From: Candidatus Rariloculaceae bacterium | Lineage (GTDB): Bacteria > Pseudomonadota > Gammaproteobacteria > Steroidobacterales > Rariloculaceae | Direction of reading: 5' to 3' | Assembly: GCA_965237785.1 (NCBI GenBank) | Contig: OZ250159.1 | Span: 2,382,204-2,446,203, forward strand | Length of the DNA stretch: 64,000 nt | Shown: positions 17,962 to 28,283 of the stretch, one piece after another | Position numbering within the stretch: the stretch's first letter is position 1 | Layout: every line of letters begins with the position of its first letter | The notes under the pieces: model-generated | What the model was told of the DNA's origin: nothing | What the model saw: only the letters and a program-made list of their open reading frames with translations | Databases searched by the model: none | Translations under genes and position numbers: made by a program

Positions 17962-19197
17962 TCAGTACAACTCCACGGCGGCCGTCTTCAGCCGCTGGAC
18001 TTCACCAAAGTCTGTCCACGCAAAGGTCAGTTGTCGGCCATCGAATAACATCTGCGGAAAATCAAGGGGTCGGGCGGCGTCAATTAACGCAACCGCGATC
18101 GGATCCCCCGGTTCGCCCGAACGCGAGATCAGCCGGAGCGTCAGCGCAAGGCCGTCCTGTTCAGTTCGCAGCCAACTCACGGCGGTTTCGCCGTTGGCCA
18201 GCGCCGCCACGTCGACGTGCCCGAAACTGCCGGCGGAATCCACGTCGATGGCGTCGTCGAACGTGCGCCCGCCGTCGTTGGAGCGCACGACATGCACGAG
18301 TGGCCGATCGTCCGCCGCGCTGAACCAGGCCACCGCAACCCGATCGCCGCGAGCGTCGATGGCGGGCCCGTTGATGGGGCACGCCTCGATCGCCCAATTG
18401 TCCGGGGCCAGCGTAACTGCCGGCTGCCATCCCTCGGCCGTTAGCCGGCGCAGCACGATATCGCGGACCTCCTCCGTTGTTCGGTCCCGATAGGCCACCA
18501 ACGCATCGCCGCCCGTGAGTGCAACGTCGGTCTGACAACAATCGCAGGCAAGGGCATCGACCTCCGCCGCCGCCAGGCGTTCACCCTGGGCGCCGAAGCG
18601 CGCATAGCGCAGGCTCATGCCCAGCGGTTCGCCCGCCGGGTTCTCGAACGCGAACTCGCCGTCCTGAATCATGTTGCGCCCATCGAGCCAAACCGCGCCG
18701 AACCCGTCCTGCCAGGGGAAAAGGGTGACGAACCCATGCTCGGTGGGCGTTCCGTCGACATGCAGCGGGAAGGGTTCGCTCCAATCCACGCCGCCGTCGG
18801 TCGACCTCGACAGCATGACGTCGTAGCCAAAGCCCTGCCGTTGGTAGACCAGCCAGTGGGCTGCAAGCATATCCCCGCCGATGGGCGTGACGGAGGGAAA
18901 GTCGGCCCAGTTGACGAACCAGTCCGCGCCGCTGGCCACCGTGCCCGGGAGCGACCATGACTCGCCGCTTCGGGTCGAAAGTCGAAGCGCGTACCCGTCT
19001 TCCCCGGGTTCAAGCCAGCTCAACGCCACGGAACCATTCCCGGCCACGGCGAGGTGAGGCTGCGCGCTCCCCTCCGCCGCGACAATGGCCATCTCCCGGG
19101 GTGGCTGCGGGTCCGCGGCGGGGTTGGCACAGCCAGCGAGAAACAGGCTGGCGGAGCTCGCCAAAGCAGGCAGCACGACAGCGGTCGCAGTCTTCAT
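17962..19197 (-). CDS. BNR/Asp-box repeat (sialidase-fold) lipoprotein
   Basis: Start ATG 19197 (MKTATAVVLPALASSASLFLAGC, a lipobox). Asp-box motifs SRSTDGGVDW and RSNDGGRTF. Confidence 0.7.
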   Translation of the reverse strand: MKTATAVVLPALASSASLFLAGCANPAADPQPPREMAIVAAEGSAQPHLAVAGNGSVALSWLEPGEDGYALRLSTRSGESWSLPGTVASGADWFVNWADFPSVTPIGGDMLAAHWLVYQRQGFGYDVMLSRSTDGGVDWSEPFPLHVDGTPTEHGFVTLFPWQDGFGAVWLDGRNMIQDGEFAFENPAGEPLGMSLRYARFGAQGERLAAAEVDALACDCCQTDVALTGGDALVAYRDRTTEEVRDIVLRRLTAEGWQPAVTLAPDNWAIEACPINGPAIDARGDRVAVAWFSAADDRPLVHVVRSNDGGRTFDDAIDVDSAGSFGHVDVAALANGETAVSWLRTEQDGLALTLRLISRSGEPGDPIAVALIDAARPLDFPQMLFDGRQLTFAWTDFGEVQRLKTAAVELY

Positions 19198-19253
19198 CCT
19201 CTGAGTCCCTGTTGATGTCCAACGGATCGGGACAGTATAGGGAAACCGCTTCC

Positions 19254-20651
19254 TCACTGCCCGAGGAGGCTCGTCGGCGGATGCCGTTCATGCCAGGGCG
19301 TGGCCTGCTCGAAGGCGTGGGCGAAGCGCAGCACCTTGGCGTCCTGCCCCGTGCCGCCGCAGATCATCAATCCGACCGGCAGGCCCTGTCGGGTAAAACC
19401 GCAGGGGACGGAGATGGACGGCTGACCCGTGAAATCGAAGATGCAGGCGTTCTTGCGGCGTTCCTTGTCGTGTTCCGGTGGCTGCGCAACGATGGGCGCC
19501 GCCGGAACCGTGGATGTCGGCATCGCCAGCACGTCGGCGCGCTTCAATACGCCTTCCATCCCCACCTTGAACTGGGCCCGATGCGCCTGGGCCGACTCGT
19601 ATGCCGCCCGATCGTATCTGGCCATGGACGCAAAGCGGGTGCGGAACGGCTCGCTGAACGACTCGGGGTCGTCGTTCAGCGCCTTCCGGTGAATGTCGAT
19701 GATTTCGGAGAACGTCGCGTTTGCGGAGGCGTAGGCCTTGTGGCAATCGGGCAGTCGGACCGGCTCGATCCGCGCCCCGAGTTGCCGAAAAACCTCAAGT
19801 GCCTGCTCCACGACGGCAATGACTTCCGCGTCGCCGCCCGCAAAAAAATAGTCCCGCGGCACACCGACGATCCGCCCGGCGACCGGCGCGTCGATCCCGG
19901 CGACAAAGTCGTCAACCGGATGAACCGGTTGAGAAACACGTGTTGGGTTACCTTCGCCGGCTCCGGCAATGGCTTGAAGTACCAGGCCCGCATCGCGGAC
20001 GGAGCGAGTCATGGGACCCACATGATCCATGGAGGGCACCAGGCGCATGACGCCGGCGGTGCTGACAAGGCCGTATGTCGGCTTGTGACCCACGATGCCG
20101 CAGCACTGCGCGGGTTGGCGGATGGAACAACCGGTATCCGTTCCCAGCGCCGCGTACGCCATTCCCGCGGCGACGGCCACCGCCGAGCCGCCGCTGGACC
20201 CGCCGGGATGGAAGTCGGGACGCCAGGGGTTGGCGATCGCCCCGAAAAACGGGTTCACCGAAGTCGTACCGAAGGCCAACTCGTGCAGTCCGGTCTTGCC
20301 GAGGCATACGGCGCCAGCCTCCCTCAGATGGGTGACGGCGGCCGCGTCGGCGTCGGGTATGTGTTCGGCGTAGTACCTGGAACCGTAGGTGGTCCGCACG
20401 CCCGCGGTGTCGATGAGGTCCTTGATCGCCACGGGAATACCGTGCAGTGGACCGCGGTCGGTTCCATCGGCCAACTCCCGGTCCGCACGTTCGGCGTGTG
20501 CCAGGGCAAGATCCGCGGTTACGGTGATGAAGGCGTTGAGGCGGTCGTCCAGATCCTCGATGCGAGACAATGACAGTTCCGTCAGTTTCACGGCCGAGAC
20601 CCGCCCGGAACGGATCGCTGCGGCAGCCTGCGACAGTGTCGCGAATTCCAT
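19254..20651 (-). CDS. Amidase (amidase-signature family, GatA-like)
   Basis: AS-signature GGSSGGSAVAVAAG plus a conserved K and S-cisS context. Likely start ATG 20651 (MEFATLSQAAAAIRSG). Confidence 0.85.
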   Translation of the reverse strand: MEFATLSQAAAAIRSGRVSAVKLTELSLSRIEDLDDRLNAFITVTADLALAHAERADRELADGTDRGPLHGIPVAIKDLIDTAGVRTTYGSRYYAEHIPDADAAAVTHLREAGAVCLGKTGLHELAFGTTSVNPFFGAIANPWRPDFHPGGSSGGSAVAVAAGMAYAALGTDTGCSIRQPAQCCGIVGHKPTYGLVSTAGVMRLVPSMDHVGPMTRSVRDAGLVLQAIAGAGEGNPTRVSQPVHPVDDFVAGIDAPVAGRIVGVPRDYFFAGGDAEVIAVVEQALEVFRQLGARIEPVRLPDCHKAYASANATFSEIIDIHRKALNDDPESFSEPFRTRFASMARYDRAAYESAQAHRAQFKVGMEGVLKRADVLAMPTSTVPAAPIVAQPPEHDKERRKNACIFDFTGQPSISVPCGFTRQGLPVGLMICGGTGQDAKVLRFAHAFEQATPWHERHPPTSLLGQ

Positions 20652-20944
20652 ACCTTGATTGAGCACCCTACCCTCCCGTCGGAATTTCACTGATCGCCCG
20701 GTCACGCCCCACCGCGGTAACACCTCCCGCCAGCGCCCGATGCAGCTCCGGCCGTCGGCGGATATCTTAATCGTTCAACCCCGGCTGACCCGCGTCGGTC
20801 CCGGATTTTCGTATCGAGGGCGTGGCAACTCCGGTGTTGCGCCGCGTTCCGCATCCGGCCGCCGAGAAGGTGGTACGATCCAATTGGCGGGAACCTTAGT
20901 GAATTTGCGCGGCCGAAACTGAAAAGCACCCAACTTGGTGAATC

Positions 20945-23767
20945 ATGCGGACCATTCTCAAGGTATTCGGTATCGGGGCAGCGGTCATCGCCGCCATTCT
21001 CGCCGTGGGAGCGCTGCTCCTGTGGCTGCTCTTCGATCCGAACAACTATCGGGACGAGCTGGCCGAGCTGGTGGAAGCGAGAACCGGTCGTGAATTCGCC
21101 ATTGAAGACGACCTGACGCTGACCTTTTTTCCCTGGCTCGGAGTCGAGACGGGAAGCCTTCGGCTCGGTAACGCCGCAGGCTTCGGCGACGACGATTTTG
21201 CAAGCGTTGCCTCGATGGCGGTACGCGTTCGCCTGTTGCCGCTTTTCCGAAGGCGGCTGGAGGTCGGCACGGTGGTGCTGGACGGACTCGAACTCAATCT
21301 GGCCCGCAACGCCGAGGGACTGGATAACTGGTCGGATCTGCTGGATTCACCCGGGGCAGGCGCTACCGGCGAGGCACAGGCGGCCGGCGAACCCGGGTTC
21401 GGTGAATTCGACATCGCCGGAATCGACATCGGCAACGGGGTCGTCTTCTGGAGAGAGAACAGCACCGAGGTTCGCTATGTCGTTTCGGAACTGTCGTTGC
21501 GGACGGGTCCCATCGCCCCGGGTACGCCGGTGGATGCCCAGTTGAACCTGCAGTTGGTGGGCGTGGACCCGGCCTTCACCGCGCGACTCGATGGCCGCGC
21601 CACGGTCATGAGGGACGCTGCAACGCCGGGATACCGCGCCGAAAGTCTGCAACTCGAGTTTCGCCTCGAAGACGGCCAGCATGACGAACGTGCGACCGGG
21701 CGTTTGGCGGCGGATGTTGAGTACGACAGCGCCACGCGTGCCGTTCGGCTAGGCGAGGTCGACGTCGATTCCGAGCTGATCGACGCCCCCGCCGGGCCGC
21801 AACGCTACGGCGTCGCCTTCGTCTCGCCCGACGTCGTACTGGATGTTGCGGCAGGCACCGCCCGGATTCCGGACGCGGTGGCCACCGTCGACGGTACCGA
21901 GACACGCTGGGCGATTGCGGCGGACCGGCTGTTCGAGAACCCGCGGATCACGGGGACCGTGAGCGTTGCCGCGGCGCCGGTGGCTCAGGCGCTCGAGTTT
22001 CTGGGAATCGATCCGCCCACGGAGGCGGAATTGGGCGACTTCGAACTGACTTCAAGTCTCGTATTCGAGCCGGCGGCTGGACGCCTCTTGCTGGTGGACC
22101 TGGAGGGGGCCGTGCTCGACATGGCACTCGCCGGGAACGTTGCGTTCGACGACCTGGAAGTGGCCGGCACGATCGAAGCCCCCACCTTCGATCCCGGCAT
22201 GATCCTCAGCGTCCTGCCGCCGGAGTTTACGGCCGGAATCGACGTCACGGCAGTGGATCAACTGGCGCTCAGCGCGGATTTCGCCGTCGACCGGACCAGC
22301 CGCGACTTTTCCCTGCGAGAGTTTACCGCCACGGTTCCGGGGGGCACGGTCATCGGCGCTGTGGATCGCCTGGAAGACGGTGACCGCCTGCGCGGCCGGA
22401 TAGCCACGTCCGACCTGGACCCCGCGGTGCTGACCGCCATCGCGCCCGATCTTCTGCCGGATGGGCTCGGCCCGGAACAACTAGGCGCCGTAAACCTCCA
22501 AACCGCGTTCGACTACGAGGTGACGGCATCCGAACTGCGACTTGAAGAGTTCAGCGCGCAAGCGTTCGGCTTGCGACCCTCGGGCGAATTGACGGTACGG
22601 AATCCGATGGACTCCCCAAACGTCGCCGGAACGCTTCAGTTCGAGTCGTTTTCGCCGCGCGCGCTGCTGGGGCGGTTGGGCCGGGACGTCCCGACCACAG
22701 CCGATCCCGCGGCGCTGGGAAACGCCAGCCTGAGCGCCGAGGTCGCCTTCAACAGGGATCGGGCCGACTTCGAATCCCTGACGATGCGCCTCGATGACAC
22801 CACCTTGACCGGCCGTATTGCATGGGACCGGCGTGCCGGGGGGCGCTATGAATTCGATCTGATCATGGATCGGATCAACCTGGATCGTTATCTCCCGCCG
22901 ACATCCGGGGAAACGCCCGGACCCGCCACCGCAGACCGCGGCTTCAACACCAACGCCGTCGCCACGGTCAGTCTGGAAGGCCGGGTAAGCGCCGCGGAAA
23001 TGCAATTCTCGGGCCTGGCGCTCGAAGGGTTTTCCACCGCGATTCTCGTCGGCGATGGCATCGGCCGCGTTGAGCCCATCCAGGCCCGGCTTTACGGCGG
23101 CGAGATTCGCGGCGCCGTGGAACTCGACGCCCGCCCGGGTGGCCCCATCCTGTCGCTGCGGGGTTCCGCCGACTCCATCAACATGGAACCGCTGCTGACG
23201 GCGCTCTACGGCGACCCTGTCATTTCGGGTTCAGGGTCCTTCGACCTGGAGCTGACAGGGATCGGGACAAGCATGAACGACGTACTCTCCACCGCGACGG
23301 GGTCCATGGAGTTGGACCTTGGCGACGGCGCGATCCGGGGATTCAATCTCGACCACGCGCTTTGCGACGTCTACAACCGCATACAGGGCTATCCGCGGCC
23401 CGCGTCGACAACCGTTGACGCCACGCCCTACCGCACGCTGAGCGGAACCGCCCAGGTTTTCGACGGCATCGCGCAAACCGGCGATCTGCTCGCCGATTCC
23501 ACGAGCATTACGGTCAGCGGCGCCGGGCGAATGGATCTGGTCACCGGGGGAATCGACTACGACCTCGGCGCGGAGTTGACGGCCGGCATCCCCATTCCGG
23601 GGTGTGAACCGCTCGACGGCGTCGTCGGCGAATCGATTCCGCTGACCGTGAGCGGCACGTTGACGGAACCGCAGATCCTGCCCGACTTCGGGGAATTGCT
23701 GCGCCGGGGCCTGCAAGACGGGATCGAGGGCGCCCTGCTCGACAGGCTGCAAGAGTTGCTGGATTAG
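20945..23767 (+). CDS. AsmA family protein
   Basis: 940 aa. N-terminal anchor plus AsmA-type beginning (LLFDPNNYRDELAELVEARTGREFAIEDDLTLTFFPWLGVETGSLRLGN). Confidence 0.8.
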   Translation: MRTILKVFGIGAAVIAAILAVGALLLWLLFDPNNYRDELAELVEARTGREFAIEDDLTLTFFPWLGVETGSLRLGNAAGFGDDDFASVASMAVRVRLLPLFRRRLEVGTVVLDGLELNLARNAEGLDNWSDLLDSPGAGATGEAQAAGEPGFGEFDIAGIDIGNGVVFWRENSTEVRYVVSELSLRTGPIAPGTPVDAQLNLQLVGVDPAFTARLDGRATVMRDAATPGYRAESLQLEFRLEDGQHDERATGRLAADVEYDSATRAVRLGEVDVDSELIDAPAGPQRYGVAFVSPDVVLDVAAGTARIPDAVATVDGTETRWAIAADRLFENPRITGTVSVAAAPVAQALEFLGIDPPTEAELGDFELTSSLVFEPAAGRLLLVDLEGAVLDMALAGNVAFDDLEVAGTIEAPTFDPGMILSVLPPEFTAGIDVTAVDQLALSADFAVDRTSRDFSLREFTATVPGGTVIGAVDRLEDGDRLRGRIATSDLDPAVLTAIAPDLLPDGLGPEQLGAVNLQTAFDYEVTASELRLEEFSAQAFGLRPSGELTVRNPMDSPNVAGTLQFESFSPRALLGRLGRDVPTTADPAALGNASLSAEVAFNRDRADFESLTMRLDDTTLTGRIAWDRRAGGRYEFDLIMDRINLDRYLPPTSGETPGPATADRGFNTNAVATVSLEGRVSAAEMQFSGLALEGFSTAILVGDGIGRVEPIQARLYGGEIRGAVELDARPGGPILSLRGSADSINMEPLLTALYGDPVISGSGSFDLELTGIGTSMNDVLSTATGSMELDLGDGAIRGFNLDHALCDVYNRIQGYPRPASTTVDATPYRTLSGTAQVFDGIAQTGDLLADSTSITVSGAGRMDLVTGGIDYDLGAELTAGIPIPGCEPLDGVVGESIPLTVSGTLTEPQILPDFGELLRRGLQDGIEGALLDRLQELLD

Positions 23768-23810
23768 CCTCAATATTGGGGCTGCCAGCCGGTCGGACTA
23801 ATATAGGAAT

Positions 23811-24587
23811 ATGCGGATCCCGATTTATCTCGCCACGGCGGCGCTGATTCTTGCCGCCAGCCTGACCGCCGCGGCACCTGCCCATGGCCAGGGCTGGAAC
23901 CTCGAATATCCCGAGGCCGAATTCCACATCGCCCGGCTGATGCCCAGCGGATCGCAGGCCTATCGAGGCGGCTACCGGCAGTGGTATGCCATCGATTGGC
24001 CGGAAGCCGAGGATCACCTGTCCCAGGGTTTGCGGCGGCTGACCCGGCTTGAAGTCGCCGGCGACAGCGTACATGTGCAAACCCTGGACGATCGCATCTT
24101 CAATCACCCGTGGCTGTTCGCGCAGCAGGTCGGCCGCTGGACGCTGTCCGATGAGGAAACCGACCGGTTGAGGGAATACCTGATGCGGGGCGGATTTCTC
24201 GTGGTGGACGACTTCCATGGCGAATACGAATGGTCGATCTTCAATTCGACGATCCAGCGGGTGCTGCCCGGCTATCCGATCGTCGAGATTCCCGACGAAG
24301 ACCCGCTGTTGCACGTGCTGTACGACCTCGACCGCAACACCCAGATCCCCGGGGCCAGACACCTGTATCGCGGCCCTGGCGGACAAATCATGGCCCAGCT
24401 TCCCGGCGGGCCGCCTCACTGGCGCGGCATCTACGACGATCGGGGACGGCTGCTGGTTGCGATCAACTACAACATGGACATGGGCGACGCCTGGGAGCAT
24501 GCCGACGACCCCTGGTATCCGAATCCCATGACCGCATTGGCGTATCGGTTCGCCATCAACTACATCATTTATGCAATGACCCACTGA
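23811..24587 (+). CDS. DUF4159 domain-containing protein (secreted)
   Basis: Signal peptide followed by WPEAEDHL..., LREYLMRGGFLVVDDFHG and INYIIYAMTH, as I remember for DUF4159. Confidence 0.65.
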   Translation: MRIPIYLATAALILAASLTAAAPAHGQGWNLEYPEAEFHIARLMPSGSQAYRGGYRQWYAIDWPEAEDHLSQGLRRLTRLEVAGDSVHVQTLDDRIFNHPWLFAQQVGRWTLSDEETDRLREYLMRGGFLVVDDFHGEYEWSIFNSTIQRVLPGYPIVEIPDEDPLLHVLYDLDRNTQIPGARHLYRGPGGQIMAQLPGGPPHWRGIYDDRGRLLVAINYNMDMGDAWEHADDPWYPNPMTALAYRFAINYIIYAMTH

Positions 24588-24611
24588 TCGACCGATCAGG
24601 CGCATGACTCG

Positions 24612-24875
24612 ATGAGCGATATTTCAACTCTTCTCGTCGCCATCGTCGTGGTCGCGGCGATACTCCTGGCACCGCGGCTGCGACGCGGATTCGGCGCCGG
24701 GCGGAAGGGCCGACGCCGCGGGATTGACGTCGAAGCCGACCTGCGGCGCGCCTGCGGCGGGGACAAGGCGATGATGGAACGGCTGATTCAGTACGAGACC
24801 AATCGCAAACCGGACCTGTCCCGCGGGGGAGCCGCGCTCATGGCGCTATCGAGGCTGCGGTCGGATCGGCGCTGA
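24612..24875 (+). CDS. Small hypothetical membrane-anchored protein
   Basis: 87 aa with an N-terminal TM (LLVAIVVVAAILLA). The codon pattern is compatible with the host. No recognisable motif. Confidence 0.35.
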   Translation: MSDISTLLVAIVVVAAILLAPRLRRGFGAGRKGRRRGIDVEADLRRACGGDKAMMERLIQYETNRKPDLSRGGAALMALSRLRSDRR

Positions 24876-24880
24876 CTGAC

Positions 24881-25696
24881 TCAGTCGCCAACCGCACTGG
24901 GAAGCGGCAAGAGTGTGAACGGATCTACCCGGGCGTCGAGTATCCTCGCGCCCCAATGCAGATGCGGCCCGGTGACCCGGCCGGTGTCTCCCGCCAAGCC
25001 CACCGCCTGGCCTCGCTCGACGACATCTCCCACCTCCACGAGAAACTCCGAAAGGTGCAGGTACATCGTATAGACGCCGAGGCCGTGATCGATAAAGACC
25101 GCGTTGCCGTTGAAGAAAAAATCCTTCGCCAGCACGACCCGGCCGGCATTCGAAGCACGGATCTCGGTACCGGTGGCCGCGGTTAGATCGGCGCCGGAAT
25201 GGGGGGCTCTCGGTTCGCCGTTGAACACTCGCCGGTGCCCGAAATTGCGGCCTCCCGTCGCGCCGGGGATGGGTACGGCGAAGGGTTCGGCCCACAGCGC
25301 CATCGGCGTCAACGTCGCATAGACGGCGCCGATCTCCCGGGATTCTCTCGCCGCGCGCTCCTGGTTCTCCGGACTGAGCTGGACGAATCCCGGTGCGACG
25401 GTGAGTTCGGTCGTCGGAAAGCTCTTGCCCTGCACTTCCAGGGTCTCGGTCCGCACGTCGGTCCGCCCATCGGCATAGGCGAAGGTGACCTGCGCCGGGT
25501 AGCTCCCCGAACCGGTGTCCAGGTCGATGCCGATGACCGTGAACCATCCGCTCTCGCCGCGTACGAACGGAACGCTTCGCTCCGACCACTCGACCTCGAT
25601 GGACTCAAGGCCCGTTTCATGAGGATATTCGAGTTGCAGCGCCTGACCCTGTACCGCGGTCAGCGTTGCCAGAAACAGCGAAACCGTCGCTCCCAT
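24881..25696 (-). CDS. M23 family metallopeptidase
   Basis: HSGADL (HxxxD) and GPHLHWG (HxH) motifs. N-terminal signal. Confidence 0.85.
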   Translation of the reverse strand: MGATVSLFLATLTAVQGQALQLEYPHETGLESIEVEWSERSVPFVRGESGWFTVIGIDLDTGSGSYPAQVTFAYADGRTDVRTETLEVQGKSFPTTELTVAPGFVQLSPENQERAARESREIGAVYATLTPMALWAEPFAVPIPGATGGRNFGHRRVFNGEPRAPHSGADLTAATGTEIRASNAGRVVLAKDFFFNGNAVFIDHGLGVYTMYLHLSEFLVEVGDVVERGQAVGLAGDTGRVTGPHLHWGARILDARVDPFTLLPLPSAVGD

Positions 25697-25779
25697 TGAA
25701 TTTTCCTCTCACGCCTCCCGTCACGACTACGCTTCGTCCCGAGGATACCGCATTGTAGCCTCACCAGGTTTTGGCACAT

Positions 25780-26808
25780 TTATATAATTAATGCCGCGCG
25801 GCCCGTTACCTCGCCTTTTTCAACTAATTCATGAACGATTTCGGCTTCTTCGAGAGGTCTGATCTCAGAAACAATCGGCCAAACTTCCTTGCGCACCATA
25901 AGCTCATAGGTTTCAATGATTTCCAGACGGGTGACATAACGGCTGCCAAGGACGTCTATTTCGTTGTTGAGGAGATGCTGTGCATCAACTTCAAATGTTT
26001 TGCCCACGCCCCCCAAAGTAACCATGCGGCCTTGCTTGCCCAGGGACTGCACCGCTTGTTCCAGTGTTTCCCTGGCAGAGACATAATCGATAGCGACATC
26101 AACACCGCTGCCGTTCGTCAAGTCCATCAAGGCATCAACAACATTTTCCTGAGATGCGTCGATTACTTCATTCGCGCCGGCCTGTCGGCAAGCATCGAAT
26201 TTATTAGCTTTGGTATCGATTGCAATCACACGAGCATTTGCCCATTTCGCCATCATGAGTTGATGAATACCGAGCCCTCCGCCGGCGCCAAAAACAGCCA
26301 CAGTTTCACCCGATCGAATGCGGGCGCGCCGTAACACTTTATAAGGTGTGGCCAGCGCATCCATGGCGACGCCAATATGAGCGGGCCGATTCCGCCAATC
26401 GAGGCCATCCGGCAATTTAATGAACCAACGCTCGGGCAGTTTCATATATTCAGCATAACCACCATCAATTTCCCGGCCAACATAACCACCAAGATTTTCA
26501 CACATTGGCTCCAATTTTGAGAGGCACCACTTGCAGTGACCGCAATTCATATAAAAGTACGATGTCACAATATCGCCGATCGACAGACTGTGAACACCGG
26601 CGCCAATTTCAACAATCTCAGCACAAACTTCATGACCGATGATTCGCGGAAACACCATGGGCGATCTGCCCGCTTTAAAATGCTGAATCGTTAATCCTGA
26701 ACCACAGGCATAAATCCTGGCTACGGCTTCACCCGGTTTGGCGACAGGATCCGGAACGTCTTTTAAGATAAATGGCGTATTCGGAGCCTCCAGTACCATT
26801 GCTCTCAT
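25780..26808 (-). CDS. Zinc-dependent alcohol dehydrogenase family (MDR) oxidoreductase
   Basis: GHEVCAEIVEIG, the structural-Zn cluster CGHCKWCLSKLEPMC and Rossmann motif VFGAGGGLG. Lies in an AT-richer block (28/60 G+C at 26401-26460). Confidence 0.85.
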   Translation of the reverse strand: MRAMVLEAPNTPFILKDVPDPVAKPGEAVARIYACGSGLTIQHFKAGRSPMVFPRIIGHEVCAEIVEIGAGVHSLSIGDIVTSYFYMNCGHCKWCLSKLEPMCENLGGYVGREIDGGYAEYMKLPERWFIKLPDGLDWRNRPAHIGVAMDALATPYKVLRRARIRSGETVAVFGAGGGLGIHQLMMAKWANARVIAIDTKANKFDACRQAGANEVIDASQENVVDALMDLTNGSGVDVAIDYVSARETLEQAVQSLGKQGRMVTLGGVGKTFEVDAQHLLNNEIDVLGSRYVTRLEIIETYELMVRKEVWPIVSEIRPLEEAEIVHELVEKGEVTGRAALII

Positions 26809-26814
26809 GAGTAA

Positions 26815-27999
26815 TCAGTCCGTATACATGAAGTTTGCGGCCTTCAGGAACAGAGTACGATTTACCCCATCTGAATGAAGGAAAGCAGCGGCATCCCGAA
26901 CCAACTTTTCGACACCATATTCTTTCATATATCCATACCCGCCATGGATTTCGAGGCACCACGTCGCAATTTTCCACCCGGCTTGCGAGGCATAGACTTT
27001 AGGGTAAACACCTAGTGTCTTGTTCCAGCCCTTGTCCTGGTTGTCGGCAAGATAACAAGCCTTATGAATATAGGTTCGTGCCACGTCCAGGAGCATTTGC
27101 ATTTCCGATAATTGCGCTCGAATTCCGTCATGCTCAATCAGGGGCTTCCCTCCCTGGACGCGAATTTTTGCCCAATCGAGCGCTTTCTCATAAAGGGCAC
27201 CGGCACAACCCAGGATACTCGCACCCGCATAGGCATTCGATTGAGGAAAAAACTCGGACAAGACGCTAAAACCATTGCCGGCATCACCGATAACGTTCTC
27301 ATCGGGAATGAAGCAATCTTGAAAAATCAGCTCAGCATTATTGGCGAGGCGCTCTCCCATCTTGTCGTGGACCCGTCCGATCGTGAAGCCGGGCCACTCT
27401 CGTTCAACCAGGAAACATGTACTGCCCGTCGAGAGCGTTTTTTCCTTCTCTGTCTGCACAAATAGAAGATAGAATTTCGATCGATTTCCGTTGGAAATAA
27501 AATGCTTCATACCGTTGACGACCCACCCGCCTTCGGTTCGCTCCGCCGCCGTTCGAAAGGGCGTTGGATGCGGTATCAAATAATTTGAAGCATTGTCAGG
27601 TTCAGTAATTCCTATGGCCAGCATTGCCGCGGGATCATCTACGAAGGCTGGTAAAACCCGCAATTTTTGCTCCTCTGTGAGGGCTTTCTCCATAATTTGA
27701 GCAATTTTTAAAGTCTGAGCAAAGGCCACCGATACGCCAATGTCTCCCCGACCAAGCTCTTCGACCACCATTGCAGTTGTCAGAGAGTCGACACCCAATC
27801 CTCCCCATTCTTCGCTCAAGGTCATTGTTCGAAGACCCAGCTCATTTGCTTTGGCAACAATCTCAAGAGAATAACCATCTTCAGGATTTTTCCGGGCATC
27901 CAATTCGGATGAACGCGGAAGCACTTCTTCTTCGACAAACTTCCTGACTGAATTCAATATGGATTGTTGATCTTCCGTACACTCAATAGCGTCCCACAT
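26815..27999 (-). CDS. Acyl-CoA dehydrogenase family protein
   Basis: ACAD-like throughout (MWDAIECTEDQQSILNSVRKFVEEE..., C-terminal IHGGYGYMKEYGVEKLVRDA). Start ATG 27999. The track's Arg-rich extension to 28164 is not credible. Confidence 0.85.
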   Translation of the reverse strand: MWDAIECTEDQQSILNSVRKFVEEEVLPRSSELDARKNPEDGYSLEIVAKANELGLRTMTLSEEWGGLGVDSLTTAMVVEELGRGDIGVSVAFAQTLKIAQIMEKALTEEQKLRVLPAFVDDPAAMLAIGITEPDNASNYLIPHPTPFRTAAERTEGGWVVNGMKHFISNGNRSKFYLLFVQTEKEKTLSTGSTCFLVEREWPGFTIGRVHDKMGERLANNAELIFQDCFIPDENVIGDAGNGFSVLSEFFPQSNAYAGASILGCAGALYEKALDWAKIRVQGGKPLIEHDGIRAQLSEMQMLLDVARTYIHKACYLADNQDKGWNKTLGVYPKVYASQAGWKIATWCLEIHGGYGYMKEYGVEKLVRDAAAFLHSDGVNRTLFLKAANFMYTD

Positions 28000-28112
28000 A
28001 AACACTCTCTTCGATCCACTCCCGGATGCGTTGAAGTTTACCCCGCCGGGCTTCGTCTTCGAAACCGATGGGTACCCCGCCGAGGACTGCGTCGCGTTTT
28101 CCACGGCCTGTC

Positions 28113-28238
28113 CACGGGGGCGGGGTCGTCTACGTCTCCGCCGATCTCGGCATCGCCGACGCAATGGGCCTCGGCCGGATCGCCGACCGGGAACTTCTCT
28201 ACGGCAGCCAGGGACCCACGTCCCTCGACCTGATATAA
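28113..28238 (+). pseudogene. Internal fragment of a tctC-like substrate-binding gene
   Basis: About 115 bp nearly identical to 35253-35370 of the intact tctC-like gene, differing by about 4 substitutions and a 2-nt indel. It encodes ...GGVVYVSADLGIADAMGLGRIADRELLYGSQGPTSLDL then a stop. Weaker similarity continues upstream to about 28060. Confidence 0.6.
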
Positions 28239-28283
28239 ACCGATTTTCCGGGACACTGGAGTAGTAGACTGGACTGCCGAACC

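Noticed and set aside
18957-20573. 538-aa plus-strand ORF
   Set aside because: It is antisense to the amidase and the BNR lipoprotein genes, both of which carry strong motifs. Its composition is Arg/Gly-rich.
23541-24605. 354-aa minus-strand ORF
   Set aside because: It is antisense to the DUF4159 gene and the AsmA 3' end, and has no motif.
26815-28164. Long N-terminal extensions offered by the ORF track: ACAD to 28164, hsdM to 54162, TauE to 7327, dctP from 7191, amidase to 20723, BNR protein to 19257
   Set aside because: The extensions are Arg-rich or overlap neighbouring genes. Internal ATG/GTG starts with RBS-like sequences, signal peptides or family-typical N-termini fit better.
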